Shown piece after piece: positions 25,580-34,364 of a stretch of 64,000 nucleotides of DNA. Each line of letters opens with the position of its first letter. The first letter of the stretch is position 1. The notes beneath the pieces were generated by a model that was not told the origin of the DNA, ran no database searches, and saw nothing but the letters and a program-made list of their open reading frames with translations. The DNA comes from Defluviitaleaceae bacterium. GTDB lineage: Bacteria > Bacillota > Clostridia > Lachnospirales > WQUN01. The stretch spans positions 8,513-72,512 of the forward strand of contig WQRX01000018.1 in the NCBI GenBank assembly GCA_009786535.1. Reading direction: 5' to 3'. The position numbers and the translations under genes were made by a program.

Positions 25580-25832
25580 ATATCAAATGATGGAAATGAT
25601 GGTTACATTTCAAAAAGCGATTATGGGCTTATCAACCATGCCCAAACGGCATCCCTTGATTGAGGATGCTTTTTTATATTCGCTGGGTTACCGCTCGCTT
25701 CCTGTGAAGAATTACAATATTTTTTATTCCATGGACGATACCCCAAATCTACCGCACGTAAATATCGAGCGCATTATTTACGCAGGGCGCGATTGGGAAA
25801 ATATTATTAAACATGAAAGAAAATATTATTAA
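25572..25832 (+). CDS. ParE/RelE-family toxin, N-terminally shortened
   Basis: 86 aa from the ATG at 25572. GYRSLPVKNYNIFYSMDD...VNIERIIYAGRDWENII matches the ParE/RelE C-terminal pattern (YR..v.nY.ifY..d...v.I.ril.g.rd). The N-terminal ~20 aa of the family are absent. Its C-terminus is encoded inside the 22-bp tandem repeat. Confidence 0.55.
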   Translation: MDKYQMMEMMVTFQKAIMGLSTMPKRHPLIEDAFLYSLGYRSLPVKNYNIFYSMDDTPNLPHVNIERIIYAGRDWENIIKHERKYY

Positions 25833-25862
25833 ACATGAAAGAAAATATTATTAAACATGAAA
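25797..25862. repeat. Three perfect tandem copies of the 22-mer GAAAATATTATTAAACATGAAA
   Basis: Units at 25797-25818, 25819-25840 and 25841-25862, read directly. They span the toxin stop and the first ATG of the next ORF. Confidence 0.95.
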
Positions 25863-26705
25863 AAGGTAAAAACGATGATTGACTACGCACAGGACATTGA
25901 CCTTATCCTATCCAAAAGCTCCGCCCTTGGGGCAGGGCTGTGGACGACCCCCGACAAGCGGCTTACAAAGGGCTCGCCCTTCTCCGCCTTGGATTGCGCG
26001 TTAATGCTGCTGGAACTGGGCATGAAGCCCACCGACCCAATTTTACTTGAAGTGGCAGATTTATTCTTTAGCGTGTGGCGGGATGACGGGCGCTTTAAGC
26101 TTTCGCCTTCGGGAGGAATTTTGCCCTGCCAAACGGCGTATGGGGCGATGCTGCTGTGCCGCCTGGGTTACGCAGAGGATACGCGGATACAAAAAACCCT
26201 TCAGTATTTCTTGGAAACGCCTTATACCGACGGCGGCTGGCGTTGCAATAAATTTTCCTACGGCCGCGGACCGGAAACGGAATATTCCAATCCCCTGCCC
26301 ACGTTAAATGTGCTGGACGCATTTCGGCATAGCGCGTACCTCAACAAGGAGCCCGCCTTGGACAAAGCCGTGGAATTTTTGCTGGAGCATTGGCGCATTC
26401 GCACCCCCATCGGGCCTTGCCAATACGGCATGGGCAAGCGCTTTATGCAGTTGGAATACCCCATGGCATGTACTTATAGCCTGTTCAACTATGTATATGT
26501 TTTGTCCTTTTACAAAAAAGCGCAGCAGGACAATCGGTTCACAGAAGCATTTAAAGCATTGCAAAATAAAGCCGTAGATGGCATGATGGTGGTGGAACGC
26601 AACTCCCCGCGGCTAAAGGGGTTAACCTTCTGTGAAAAAGGAAAACCCAGCGCCCTTGCCACTTTGCGGTTTAATGAAATTGTTGATAATCTGTCCCGTA
26701 AATAA
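25857..26705 (+). CDS. Prenyltransferase/squalene-oxidase-repeat (alpha/alpha toroid)-like protein
   Basis: 282 aa. DGGW and Q/W-rich repeat pattern (RDDGRF, YTDGGWRCN). The ATG at 25875 (MIDYAQ) has AAAGG 8 nt upstream and may be the real start. Confidence 0.5.
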   Translation: MKKVKTMIDYAQDIDLILSKSSALGAGLWTTPDKRLTKGSPFSALDCALMLLELGMKPTDPILLEVADLFFSVWRDDGRFKLSPSGGILPCQTAYGAMLLCRLGYAEDTRIQKTLQYFLETPYTDGGWRCNKFSYGRGPETEYSNPLPTLNVLDAFRHSAYLNKEPALDKAVEFLLEHWRIRTPIGPCQYGMGKRFMQLEYPMACTYSLFNYVYVLSFYKKAQQDNRFTEAFKALQNKAVDGMMVVERNSPRLKGLTFCEKGKPSALATLRFNEIVDNLSRK

Positions 26706-26756
26706 GGTGTTCGTTGGAAAATTACGTATACTATTTTTCACATAAAAAACGAGAGG

Positions 26757-28859
26757 ATGATTCACATGCACAAAGAGTACCTGGAAAAATCCCGTGCGCT
26801 TATCGCGCAAATGACGGTGGAGGAAAAGGTTTCGCAAATGCTGCACACCGCACCCCCCATCGAGCGGCTGGGCATCCCGGGCTACAACTGGTGGAACGAG
26901 GCCCTGCACGGCATTGCCCGCAGCGGCACGGCGACGGTTTTCCCCCAAGCGGTGGGCTTGGCGGCAGCCTTCGACCCCGTACTGCTCAAGGAAATTGCCA
27001 CGGTTATTTCCGATGAAGGGCGTGCAAAGTTCCATGCCTACCAAAAAGAGGGCGACACGGATATTTACAAGGGGCTTACCTTCTGGTCGCCTAATATTAA
27101 TATTTTCCGCGACCCGCGCTGGGGCAGAGGCCACGAAACCTACGGGGAAGACCCCTACTTAACCTCTAATTTAGGCGTTGCATTTATCCAAGGGCTACAG
27201 GGCGACGACCCCGAGAACGAGCTAAAAGCCGCCGCTTGCGCCAAGCATTATGCCGTGCATTCCGGCCCCGAGGCAGAGCGCCATAGCTTTAATGCCTTGT
27301 GCGACGATTACGACCTGTGGAATACCTATCTGCCCCACTTCGAAGCGGCGGTAAAAGAGGGCCACGTTGAAGCCTTCATGGGGGCGTATAACCGTACCAA
27401 CCACGAGCCTTGCTGTGCCTCCGAAAAACTGATGAACGAAATACTTCGCGGCAAATGGGGCTTCGAAGGGCATTTTGTCAGCGACTGCTGGGCGGTAGAG
27501 GATTTCTACAAGTACCACAAAATTGTAAACGGCCCTGTGGAGTCCGTAGTCCTTGCCATCGAAAAAGGCTGCGACCTATGCTGTGGCCATGTATTCCAGG
27601 TGGCGGTACAGGCGGTAGAATCGGGCAAGCTGCCCGAGGCGTTGCTTGACCGTGCCCTAGAGCGTCTCTTCGTATGCCGCATGAAATTAGGCTTGCTTGG
27701 CGGCAAGGAGAACCCCAAATACACCGGCATTCCTTACGACATTATTGACGGCGCTAAGCACAAGGCATTCAATTTAGAAGTGGCGAAGCGCACCACCGTA
27801 TTATTGAAAAACGACGGCGCATTACCCTTAGACATTAGCAAATTAAACTCCATTGCCGTAATTGGGCCAAACGCCGCAAGCATTCGCGCGTTGGAGGGTA
27901 ACTACAACGGCACGGCGACCCAATACATTACCGTACTGGACGGCATCCGCGAAATTGCGGATGAAACAGGGGTAAAGGTAAACTACGCACTGGGTTGCCA
28001 TCTTTACAAGGACCGTTTCTCTAACCTTGCCATTACCGACGACCGCATTGCGGAAGCCCTTGCCGCTACCCGCAATTCCGACGCCGTTGTACTGTGCCTT
28101 GGGCTGGACGCGGACATTGAGGGCGAACAGGGCGATACGGGCAACGAGTATTCCAGCGGCGATAAGGAGCACCTCAATTTACCCGGCCGCCAGCAACATC
28201 TATTAGAAAAAGTAATCGCCGCCGCAGGGGGCAAGCCCGTTATTGTGGTATGTATTGCGGGTTCTGCCCTTGCGCTCAATTATGCGGACGAAAAGGCGAA
28301 CGGCATTATCCATGCCTTCTATCCCGGGGCAATGGGCGGGCGTGCCATTGCGGAAATTATTACGGGGCGTGCCAATCCTTCCGCCAAGCTGCCCGTTACT
28401 TTCTACCGTTCACTGGACGACCTTCCCGGCTTCAGCGATTACAACATGACCAACCGCACTTACCGTTATTTTACGGGGGAACCCTTGTATGGCTTTGGTT
28501 TTGGGCTAACCTACACTAAGTTTGGGCTGGAGGTATTAGGCCACGACAAGCAAACTGTGAAGGTAAAAGTAACCAACAACGGGCAAATGGAGGGGCGCGA
28601 GGTATTACAGGTGTATGTAACCTCACCCAACCAGAAGGAGAAATACAGCCTGTGCAGTGTGGCAAGCGTTCCGCCGTTAAAGGCGGGGGAAAGCACGGAG
28701 ATTACGATGCAGCTTTCTTCCAAGGCGTTTTCGCGGTATGACGCCAATGGCGATTTATACGAAATTGCGGGGCCGCATACGTTGCATGTAGGTTTTACAC
28801 AACCCGATGCACGGAGTGAGGGGCTGTATGGGGTTGGGTGTGTAAAGGTGCAGGTTTAG
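26757..28859 (+). CDS. GH3 beta-xylosidase/beta-glucosidase
   Basis: 700 aa. GH3 N-domain (WNEALHG, RDPRWGR, KHYAVHSGPE), the nucleophile region GFEGHFVSDCWA, and C-terminal plus Fn3-like domains. The second ATG at 26766 has better SD spacing (GAGAGG 9 nt upstream). Confidence 0.88.
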   Translation: MIHMHKEYLEKSRALIAQMTVEEKVSQMLHTAPPIERLGIPGYNWWNEALHGIARSGTATVFPQAVGLAAAFDPVLLKEIATVISDEGRAKFHAYQKEGDTDIYKGLTFWSPNINIFRDPRWGRGHETYGEDPYLTSNLGVAFIQGLQGDDPENELKAAACAKHYAVHSGPEAERHSFNALCDDYDLWNTYLPHFEAAVKEGHVEAFMGAYNRTNHEPCCASEKLMNEILRGKWGFEGHFVSDCWAVEDFYKYHKIVNGPVESVVLAIEKGCDLCCGHVFQVAVQAVESGKLPEALLDRALERLFVCRMKLGLLGGKENPKYTGIPYDIIDGAKHKAFNLEVAKRTTVLLKNDGALPLDISKLNSIAVIGPNAASIRALEGNYNGTATQYITVLDGIREIADETGVKVNYALGCHLYKDRFSNLAITDDRIAEALAATRNSDAVVLCLGLDADIEGEQGDTGNEYSSGDKEHLNLPGRQQHLLEKVIAAAGGKPVIVVCIAGSALALNYADEKANGIIHAFYPGAMGGRAIAEIITGRANPSAKLPVTFYRSLDDLPGFSDYNMTNRTYRYFTGEPLYGFGFGLTYTKFGLEVLGHDKQTVKVKVTNNGQMEGREVLQVYVTSPNQKEKYSLCSVASVPPLKAGESTEITMQLSSKAFSRYDANGDLYEIAGPHTLHVGFTQPDARSEGLYGVGCVKVQV

Positions 28860-28870
28860 TTTAAGGTAAG

Positions 28871-29045
28871 GTAAAAGATTAAAACCATGGGGACTCCGTC
28901 CCCACACCCCTGGAAACTTTTGAAAAAGTTTCATCAAAACTTTATTAGAAACCGCGCGACGCGCGGTTTCTGGTAGTTTTTGCCCCGCTTTTTTTCAAAA
29001 AAGCGGGCAGGGGTTTGGGGGCGGAGTCCCCTGTTATTCATTAAC
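28871..29045. repeat. Composite palindromic repeat: two inverted copies of the 3'-end element flanking a central GC hairpin
   Basis: The left arm GGGGACTCCGTCCCCACACCCCTG (28889-28912) matches the rc of 29008-29031 (GGGGACTCCGCCCCCAAACCCCTG) at 22/24 positions. Inner palindromes are GAAACTTTT-ga-AAAAGTTTC (28913-28932) and CCCGCTTTTTT-tc-AAAAAAGCGGG (28984-29007). Head AAGATTAAAACC at 28875-28886. Confidence 0.85.
28947..28971 (+). terminator. GC-rich hairpin (11-bp stem, 3-nt loop); probable terminator of the GH3 gene
   Basis: AGAAACCGCGC-gac-GCGCGGTTTCT followed by ggtagTTTTT. The T-run is offset by 5 nt, so confidence is moderate. Confidence 0.5.
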
Positions 29046-29072
29046 AAAACGCCATAAAACAGGAGCGATAGC

Positions 29073-30746
29073 ATGTTATTAAACTACGACCGTTATCTAG
29101 TATTTGAGGAGCTAACAAAAGCACTGCATGATTTGGCGGCGGCGTTTCCGCAACTGGCGCAGTTAAGGAGCATCGGCAAATCCGGCGAAGGGCGCGACCT
29201 GTGGTTAATGGAAATTACGGATACACGCACAGGCACGGCGGACAGTAAGCCCGCTTACTTAATTGACGGCAACCACCACGCAGGGGAGGTTACGGGCTCT
29301 ATGGTTGCGCTGTATACCATTGACGAGCTGCTAAGCCGCGCCGAAGAGCCTGAGTTTGGCGAGCTTCTTAAACGGTATACCTTTTATATTTTGCCCCGCC
29401 TTTCCCCCGACGGGGCAGAGGTATACCTTACCACGCCCAACATGTTACGTTCTGCGCCGCGCCCCTATCCCTTTACGGAAAAACTGGCGGGCTTAACCCC
29501 CGAGGACATTAACGGCGACGGGAAAATCCTCCTCATGCGCGTGGCTACGCCCTTGGGCAATTGGAAGGAAGACCCCGCAGACAGCCGCCGTATGCTCAAG
29601 CGCCTTCCCGACGAAGAAGGCGGTACGTACTATGCCATTTACCAGGAAGGGCTTATCCACGAATTTGACGGCCATACCTTCGAGCAAGCCCCCACCCATT
29701 GGGGGCTGGACTTTAACCGCAACTACCCCGAGGTGTGGGCATTGCACCACAAAATGCCCGGCGCGGGTAATTATCCCCTTTCCGAGCCGGAAACCCGCGC
29801 ATTGGCAAACTTTGTGATAAGCCACCCCAATATTGGCGGCGTTTCCACCTTGCACACCACGGGAGGCGTGATTATTCGCCCGCCAAGCATTAAACCCGAA
29901 AAGGACAGCGACAAAGGGGATATGCGCATTTTCAAGGAAATTGGCGCAATGGCAACAGAAGAAACGGGCTACCCCTGCGTACATTGCCGCGACGGTTTTT
30001 TCCTGGACCCCGAGCTAAACCCCCTAAGCGGCGCTTTTGACGACTGGCTGTATTCCCACATGGGCATACCGGGTTATACGGTGGAATTGTGGGACTTGCA
30101 CCTGCGCGCCGGGGTGCAAATGTGGCCGCGCAAGGCAAAGGAAAGCGGCGAAATCGCCGAGGACTACGCGAAGGTGTTGAAATGGATTGATACGGAAATG
30201 CAGGGCGAAGGCTTTACCCCATGGACGCCCTTTACCCACCCCCAACTGGGTGCGGTGGAAATCGGCGGCTTCGACATGAAGTTTTTACAGCAAAACTGTC
30301 CGCCCCGTTTTCTTAAACAGGAATGCGAGAAAAATGCCCGCTTCTTTTACCGCCATGCCCGTACGCTGCCCCGTCTGGTGCTGGATAAGCCCGAAATCAC
30401 CAAGCTGGACGAAAGCACCTGGAAAATCGGCATCGACGTGCTAAACCTTGGCTACCTTGCCACCTATCTTACACAAATGGCGCAATCCATAAAAATAACG
30501 CGCCCCGTTAAAATTACACTACAGGGCGCGGAAATATTGGACGGCAAAGCCGAGCGGGAGCTTCCCCAACTGGAAGGCCGCGCCGCAATACGGGAAGGCT
30601 ACGGCTTTGGCGCAGGCAACATCGTTCACCAAAAGAAACATGTGAGCTGGATTATACGCGCCAAAACAGGGGACACCATTACCCTCCACGCCACATCCCA
30701 AAAGGCAGGCAACCCGAGTTTGGAAGTTGTGCTAAAGAACGATTAA
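29073..30746 (+). CDS. M14-family zinc carboxypeptidase
   Basis: 557 aa. Zinc motif [11 protein letters not shown] (HxxE) and a later ...TLHTTGG... region typical of the M14 second His. No signal peptide. Confidence 0.75.
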   Translation: MLLNYDRYLVFEELTKALHDLAAAFPQLAQLRSIGKSGEGRDLWLMEITDTRTGTADSKPAYLIDGNHHAGEVTGSMVALYTIDELLSRAEEPEFGELLKRYTFYILPRLSPDGAEVYLTTPNMLRSAPRPYPFTEKLAGLTPEDINGDGKILLMRVATPLGNWKEDPADSRRMLKRLPDEEGGTYYAIYQEGLIHEFDGHTFEQAPTHWGLDFNRNYPEVWALHHKMPGAGNYPLSEPETRALANFVISHPNIGGVSTLHTTGGVIIRPPSIKPEKDSDKGDMRIFKEIGAMATEETGYPCVHCRDGFFLDPELNPLSGAFDDWLYSHMGIPGYTVELWDLHLRAGVQMWPRKAKESGEIAEDYAKVLKWIDTEMQGEGFTPWTPFTHPQLGAVEIGGFDMKFLQQNCPPRFLKQECEKNARFFYRHARTLPRLVLDKPEITKLDESTWKIGIDVLNLGYLATYLTQMAQSIKITRPVKITLQGAEILDGKAERELPQLEGRAAIREGYGFGAGNIVHQKKHVSWIIRAKTGDTITLHATSQKAGNPSLEVVLKND

Positions 30747-30765
30747 AAATAACCTCATAATAAAT

Positions 30766-30809
30766 TCTTGCAAAGCGCGCTTGACATTTCTTGCAAAGCG
30801 CGCTATTCT
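30766..30809 (+). promoter_or_regulatory. Sigma-A-type promoter (TTGACA-17-TATTCT) bracketed by a perfect 17-bp direct repeat (probable operator)
   Basis: TTCTTGCAAAGCGCGCT occurs at 30766-30782 and again at 30788-30804. The -35 TTGACA is at 30781-30786 and the -10 TATTCT at 30804-30809, with a 17-nt spacer. A third partial copy, ATGCAAAGC, follows. Confidence 0.6.
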
Positions 30810-30846
30810 TTTTATGCAAAGCAAACTATACACGGCAGGTGATGCA

Positions 30847-31053
30847 TTGAAAACAAAAATACCGGAATTTCGCAAACGGCAAAAGCTCTCCCAGGAGGAG
30901 CTTGCCCTTGCGGTGGGTGTAACGCGGCAAACCATTACTTCTATAGAAGTGGGGAAATACACCGCGTCGCTGGTGTTGGCGTACAAGATTGCCAAATTTT
31001 TTGACCAACACATCGAGGACATTTTTGACTTTTCAGAAGCGGAGGACGAATAA
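30847..31053 (+). CDS. Small XRE-family HTH transcriptional regulator
   Basis: ORF track 30781..31053, but its 5' part is the promoter itself. TTG at 30847 follows AGGTGA and gives a 68-aa protein: (M)[36 protein letters not shown]. Confidence 0.75.
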   Translation: MKTKIPEFRKRQKLSQEELALAVGVTRQTITSIEVGKYTASLVLAYKIAKFFDQHIEDIFDFSEAEDE

Positions 31054-31054
31054 C

Positions 31055-31492
31055 ATGGAAGCGTACAAAAAGGAATTAAAATGGAAAATAGTTTTGACGG
31101 CAATAAGCCTATTCTTTATCGCAGTAAGCATGGGGGTGCTCATTTTTCTAATGCTTTACGAAGGCGAAACACCAAATTGGATAAAAGCCTATCTGGGATT
31201 TTTTCTGGGGATATCTATAGTCATGGTAGAGTCCCTTGTTAAAAATGTGCGCGCGATAAAAAACGAAACCCGTTTAAAGGCAAAATACATTGAGGAAACG
31301 GACGAACGCCTGACCCTCATCGAGCATAAAACGGGAACTGCTATATTCCCTATTTATTATTTATGCCTTGTTGTAGCTATGGCGGTGGCGGTTCACATTA
31401 ACGTAACGGTAGTTATAACATTAGCATTCGCCTTATTATTACAAGTTGCAATTAAACTAATCATCCAAGCCTATTATAAGCGGAAATTATAA
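31055..31492 (+). CDS. Membrane protein (4 predicted TM), partner of the small XRE regulator
   Basis: The ATG at 31055 lies after GGAGGA. MEAYKKELKWKIVLTAISLFFIAVSMGVLIFLML...; no recognisable catalytic motif. Confidence 0.6.
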   Translation: MEAYKKELKWKIVLTAISLFFIAVSMGVLIFLMLYEGETPNWIKAYLGFFLGISIVMVESLVKNVRAIKNETRLKAKYIEETDERLTLIEHKTGTAIFPIYYLCLVVAMAVAVHINVTVVITLAFALLLQVAIKLIIQAYYKRKL

Positions 31493-31504
31493 GGAGGAAT
31501 TATA

Positions 31505-31693
31505 ATGAATTGGAAATTAAGAGGAAAAATCGGCGCGTTAGCAATATTGGTGTATGTAGCATCTTACCTAGTCGGGCGGGTAACAGATATTTTTCTGTTT
31601 TGTAATATTTGTGCATTTATTATAGTTGTGACAGGTGCATATTTACTCGCAGACGCGCATCTCGAAAAAAGGAGCGCTTATGCCGAAAATTAA
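31505..31693 (+). CDS. Small membrane protein (2 TM)
   Basis: 62 aa. Strong SD AAGGAGGA 7 nt upstream. Hydrophobic segments IGALAILVYVASYLV and IFLFCNICAFIIVVTGAYLL. Confidence 0.6.
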   Translation: MNWKLRGKIGALAILVYVASYLVGRVTDIFLFCNICAFIIVVTGAYLLADAHLEKRSAYAEN

Positions 31694-32348
31694 AATAAAT
31701 AACCACGAAATTTTTGTGGACGAAGGGGAACGCTTTTTCCAAATCAATGACATTTCGGGGGAGGCTTTAACTACCCTATGGCCTACCTTGGTAACGCGGT
31801 ACGAAGGGTTTGACGTAAATTTATGCTTCCGCGATATGCCCGCCCCCGAAGAAGCCCTCGCCCGCATTGGCGCAACGGTGCTGGAGGATTGTGTGCGATT
31901 CATCGTAACGCCGCAAACATTTACGCCGTGCAAAAACCCCGCGGATATTATTATCGAGCCGCTTTCATTAGAAAATGACGCGGATTTTAACGCCTTCGCC
32001 GCGTTGCACGACGCACTGCCCGACATGTTTTGGACCAGCCAACGCGTCCGCGAAAAGTGGGATATATGGCGCGTTTTTATCCTGCGGGAGGGCGAAAAAA
32101 TCACAGGGTATGCCTTGCTTCGGCTATATCAAGACGAAACAAGTGAGACTTATGCCGTAGAAGCAAGGACACAGGCGCACCGTACCGCGTTATTTTCCAC
32201 CGCTGCGCAATGCGCCTTTGATAATGGCAAAACCAATGTAATTGAAATGGTGGAGCGCGATAATATCATAGAAGAACGCGATGCCCTGCACGCCGTAGGC
32301 TTCGCAGAATCGGGTTATTACAAGGGGTATGAAGCATTATGCAAATAA
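31680..32348 (+). CDS. Hypothetical protein with a GNAT-like C-terminal half
   Basis: ATG at 31680 after GGAG. The C-terminal pattern EKITGYALLRL...YAVEA...ALHAVGFAESGYYKGYE is weakly GNAT-like. Confidence 0.4.
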   Translation: MPKIKINNHEIFVDEGERFFQINDISGEALTTLWPTLVTRYEGFDVNLCFRDMPAPEEALARIGATVLEDCVRFIVTPQTFTPCKNPADIIIEPLSLENDADFNAFAALHDALPDMFWTSQRVREKWDIWRVFILREGEKITGYALLRLYQDETSETYAVEARTQAHRTALFSTAAQCAFDNGKTNVIEMVERDNIIEERDALHAVGFAESGYYKGYEALCK

Positions 32349-33094
32349 CGGCGTTTCAAATGAAGATGATTGCCATCATCGGCATGGTGCTGCAACATGC
32401 GGCATTGGCGTTACCAGATGCCTTTCCCCTTGGGGTGGAAATTTTCTTGCAAATATCGGGCGGGCTTACATTTCCGATAATGGCGTTTTTGTTGGTGGAG
32501 GGATTTCGCACTACGTCAAACATAAGCAAGTACAAACAACGCATCGCCATTTTTGGCGCTATATCCTTTGTGCCGCATTTGTTTGCGTTGGGCTCAGGCT
32601 TAAATATAATGTTTACGTTGTTATTTGGGCTAATGCTGCTGGAATACCATGCCCGCAGCGGCAAAACAGGCACGTTTTGGGGTATGGCTGTATTGTTAAC
32701 GCTTATTTCTACTGTGTTCGACTGGGGGATTATTGGACCGATTGTGATTTTGTTATACGGCGCAATGAAAAACGAAAAGCTACGGCGCGCCCTTGTGCCT
32801 GCGTTCTTTGCGGTAGGGGTTATTGTTTCCGGTGCGTTATTTAGCGCTGTACTTTCGGTATTTAATTTAGACATGACGGGGTACGAGGCTTCCCCCGCTA
32901 TGATGTTCTTCCCCATCGGCGCATTGCCGGCAATTCCGCTATTGCTTATGTACAAAGGCGAACGGGGCAGAAAATCGAAGTGGTTCTTCTACATTTTCTA
33001 CCCCGCGCATTTGGTGGTGCTTGCGGTCATTTCATTAGTGATGGGGAATAATGTGCTGGTTTCCACCATACAGGAAATGCTGGCGAAATTTTAA
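32339..33094 (+). CDS. TraX-family membrane protein
   Basis: 251 aa. N-terminus FQMKMIAIIGMVLQHAALAL matches the TraX family start (LK.iA...M..DH.g). Multiple TM segments. Confidence 0.7.
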   Translation: MQITAFQMKMIAIIGMVLQHAALALPDAFPLGVEIFLQISGGLTFPIMAFLLVEGFRTTSNISKYKQRIAIFGAISFVPHLFALGSGLNIMFTLLFGLMLLEYHARSGKTGTFWGMAVLLTLISTVFDWGIIGPIVILLYGAMKNEKLRRALVPAFFAVGVIVSGALFSAVLSVFNLDMTGYEASPAMMFFPIGALPAIPLLLMYKGERGRKSKWFFYIFYPAHLVVLAVISLVMGNNVLVSTIQEMLAKF

Positions 33095-33098
33095 TTAT

Positions 33099-34364
33099 TT
33101 ACCCCCGTATCTTCCGTGCCATAGTCATGGCTTTTTCTTCGTCTACGGTTTTTAATTCTTTGTTACGCATCAGGATTTTTCCGTTTACAATTACATCCCG
33201 TACGTCCCCCGCCTGTGCCGAATAAGCGATGGCGGCGGTTGGTTCGCCCAGTGGGCATAAATGGGGTTGGTTTGTGTCTACGAGGATAAGGTCCGCCTTT
33301 TTCCCCGCCTCCAGTTGCCCGCAATCGTTAAAGCCCAGCGCCTGCGCCCCTGTATGGGTCGCCATCGCCAGCACTTGAGATGCAGAAATACTTGTTGCAT
33401 CTTTGTTGACGCCCTTGTGCAAAATGGTGGCCAAATGCATTTCTTCGAACATATTTAGGTTATTGTTGCTGGCGCAACCGTCTGTGCCCAGCGCCACCTT
33501 TACCCCCGCTTGCAGCATTTTTTCGATGGGAGCAATGCCGTTGCCCAGCTTTAAATTGCTGGTGGGGTTATGAGCGACATATGCCTGCTTGCTTGCCAAC
33601 AGTTTTATGTCCTCGTCATTTAACTGTACGCAATGGGCAAGAAGGGTGGGCACGTCAAATACGCCGAGGTCTGCGCACATTTGGGGGGGCGTTTTGCCGT
33701 ATTTTTGGAAGGTGGTTTCCTCCTCAGCAAGGCTTTCGGACAAATGCATGTGAATGGGCAGCCCAAGGGACTTTGCCAGCGCCGCCGCCCCTTGTATTGC
33801 TTCCGTGTCATACAAGAAAAGAGAATGTATTTCCACGAAGGTTTTAATGCGCCCGTCGGAAGCGTTGTTCCATTGGGCGATAAAATCACGGCACCCCTGC
33901 TCGTTGATGATTTGCCCGCCCCCACGCGCCGCGGAAATAATCGGCCCATAGCACAGGTTAGCGCGGATGCCCGTCTCCGTAACGGCTTGGGCTACTTGCG
34001 GGTTATGGGCTTGTAAATACATATCCGCGAAGCAGGTCGTACCGCCACGAATCATTTCGGCTATGGCAAGCTGTGTACCCCAGTACACATCATCACCGGA
34101 CAGCTTATTTTCAAAGGGAATAACCCGCTCAAAGAGCCATTCCGAGAAGGCGCAGTCGTCGGCAAGGTTACGTTGCAGCGCCGTTGCCGCGTGGGTGTGG
34201 GCGTTTACCAAGCCGGGCATGGCAATGCAGTTTGTTGCGTCTATTATTTCATCGGGGGGAAAGTTGGCGGGAGCGCTCCCAATGAAGGAAATTGTGCCGT
34301 TTTCTATACCTATGTCCTGTACGCCATTGTTTAATGTTGTGGCATTTTTGATTAAGATTTTCAT
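33099..34364 (-). CDS. mtaD: 5-methylthioadenosine/S-adenosylhomocysteine deaminase (amidohydrolase)
   Basis: 421 aa. Metal motifs GLVNAHTHAA and HMHLSE, plus a ...GTDG... region. ATGA overlap with the mtnP stop. Confidence 0.8.
   Translation of the reverse strand: MKILIKNATTLNNGVQDIGIENGTISFIGSAPANFPPDEIIDATNCIAMPGLVNAHTHAATALQRNLADDCAFSEWLFERVIPFENKLSGDDVYWGTQLAIAEMIRGGTTCFADMYLQAHNPQVAQAVTETGIRANLCYGPIISAARGGGQIINEQGCRDFIAQWNNASDGRIKTFVEIHSLFLYDTEAIQGAAALAKSLGLPIHMHLSESLAEEETTFQKYGKTPPQMCADLGVFDVPTLLAHCVQLNDEDIKLLASKQAYVAHNPTSNLKLGNGIAPIEKMLQAGVKVALGTDGCASNNNLNMFEEMHLATILHKGVNKDATSISASQVLAMATHTGAQALGFNDCGQLEAGKKADLILVDTNQPHLCPLGEPTAAIAYSAQAGDVRDVIVNGKILMRNKELKTVDEEKAMTMARKIRG

Noticed and set aside
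28871-29045. CRISPR array
   Set aside because: There are only two copies, they are inverted rather than direct, there is no regular repeat-spacer periodicity, and there are no cas genes in the window.
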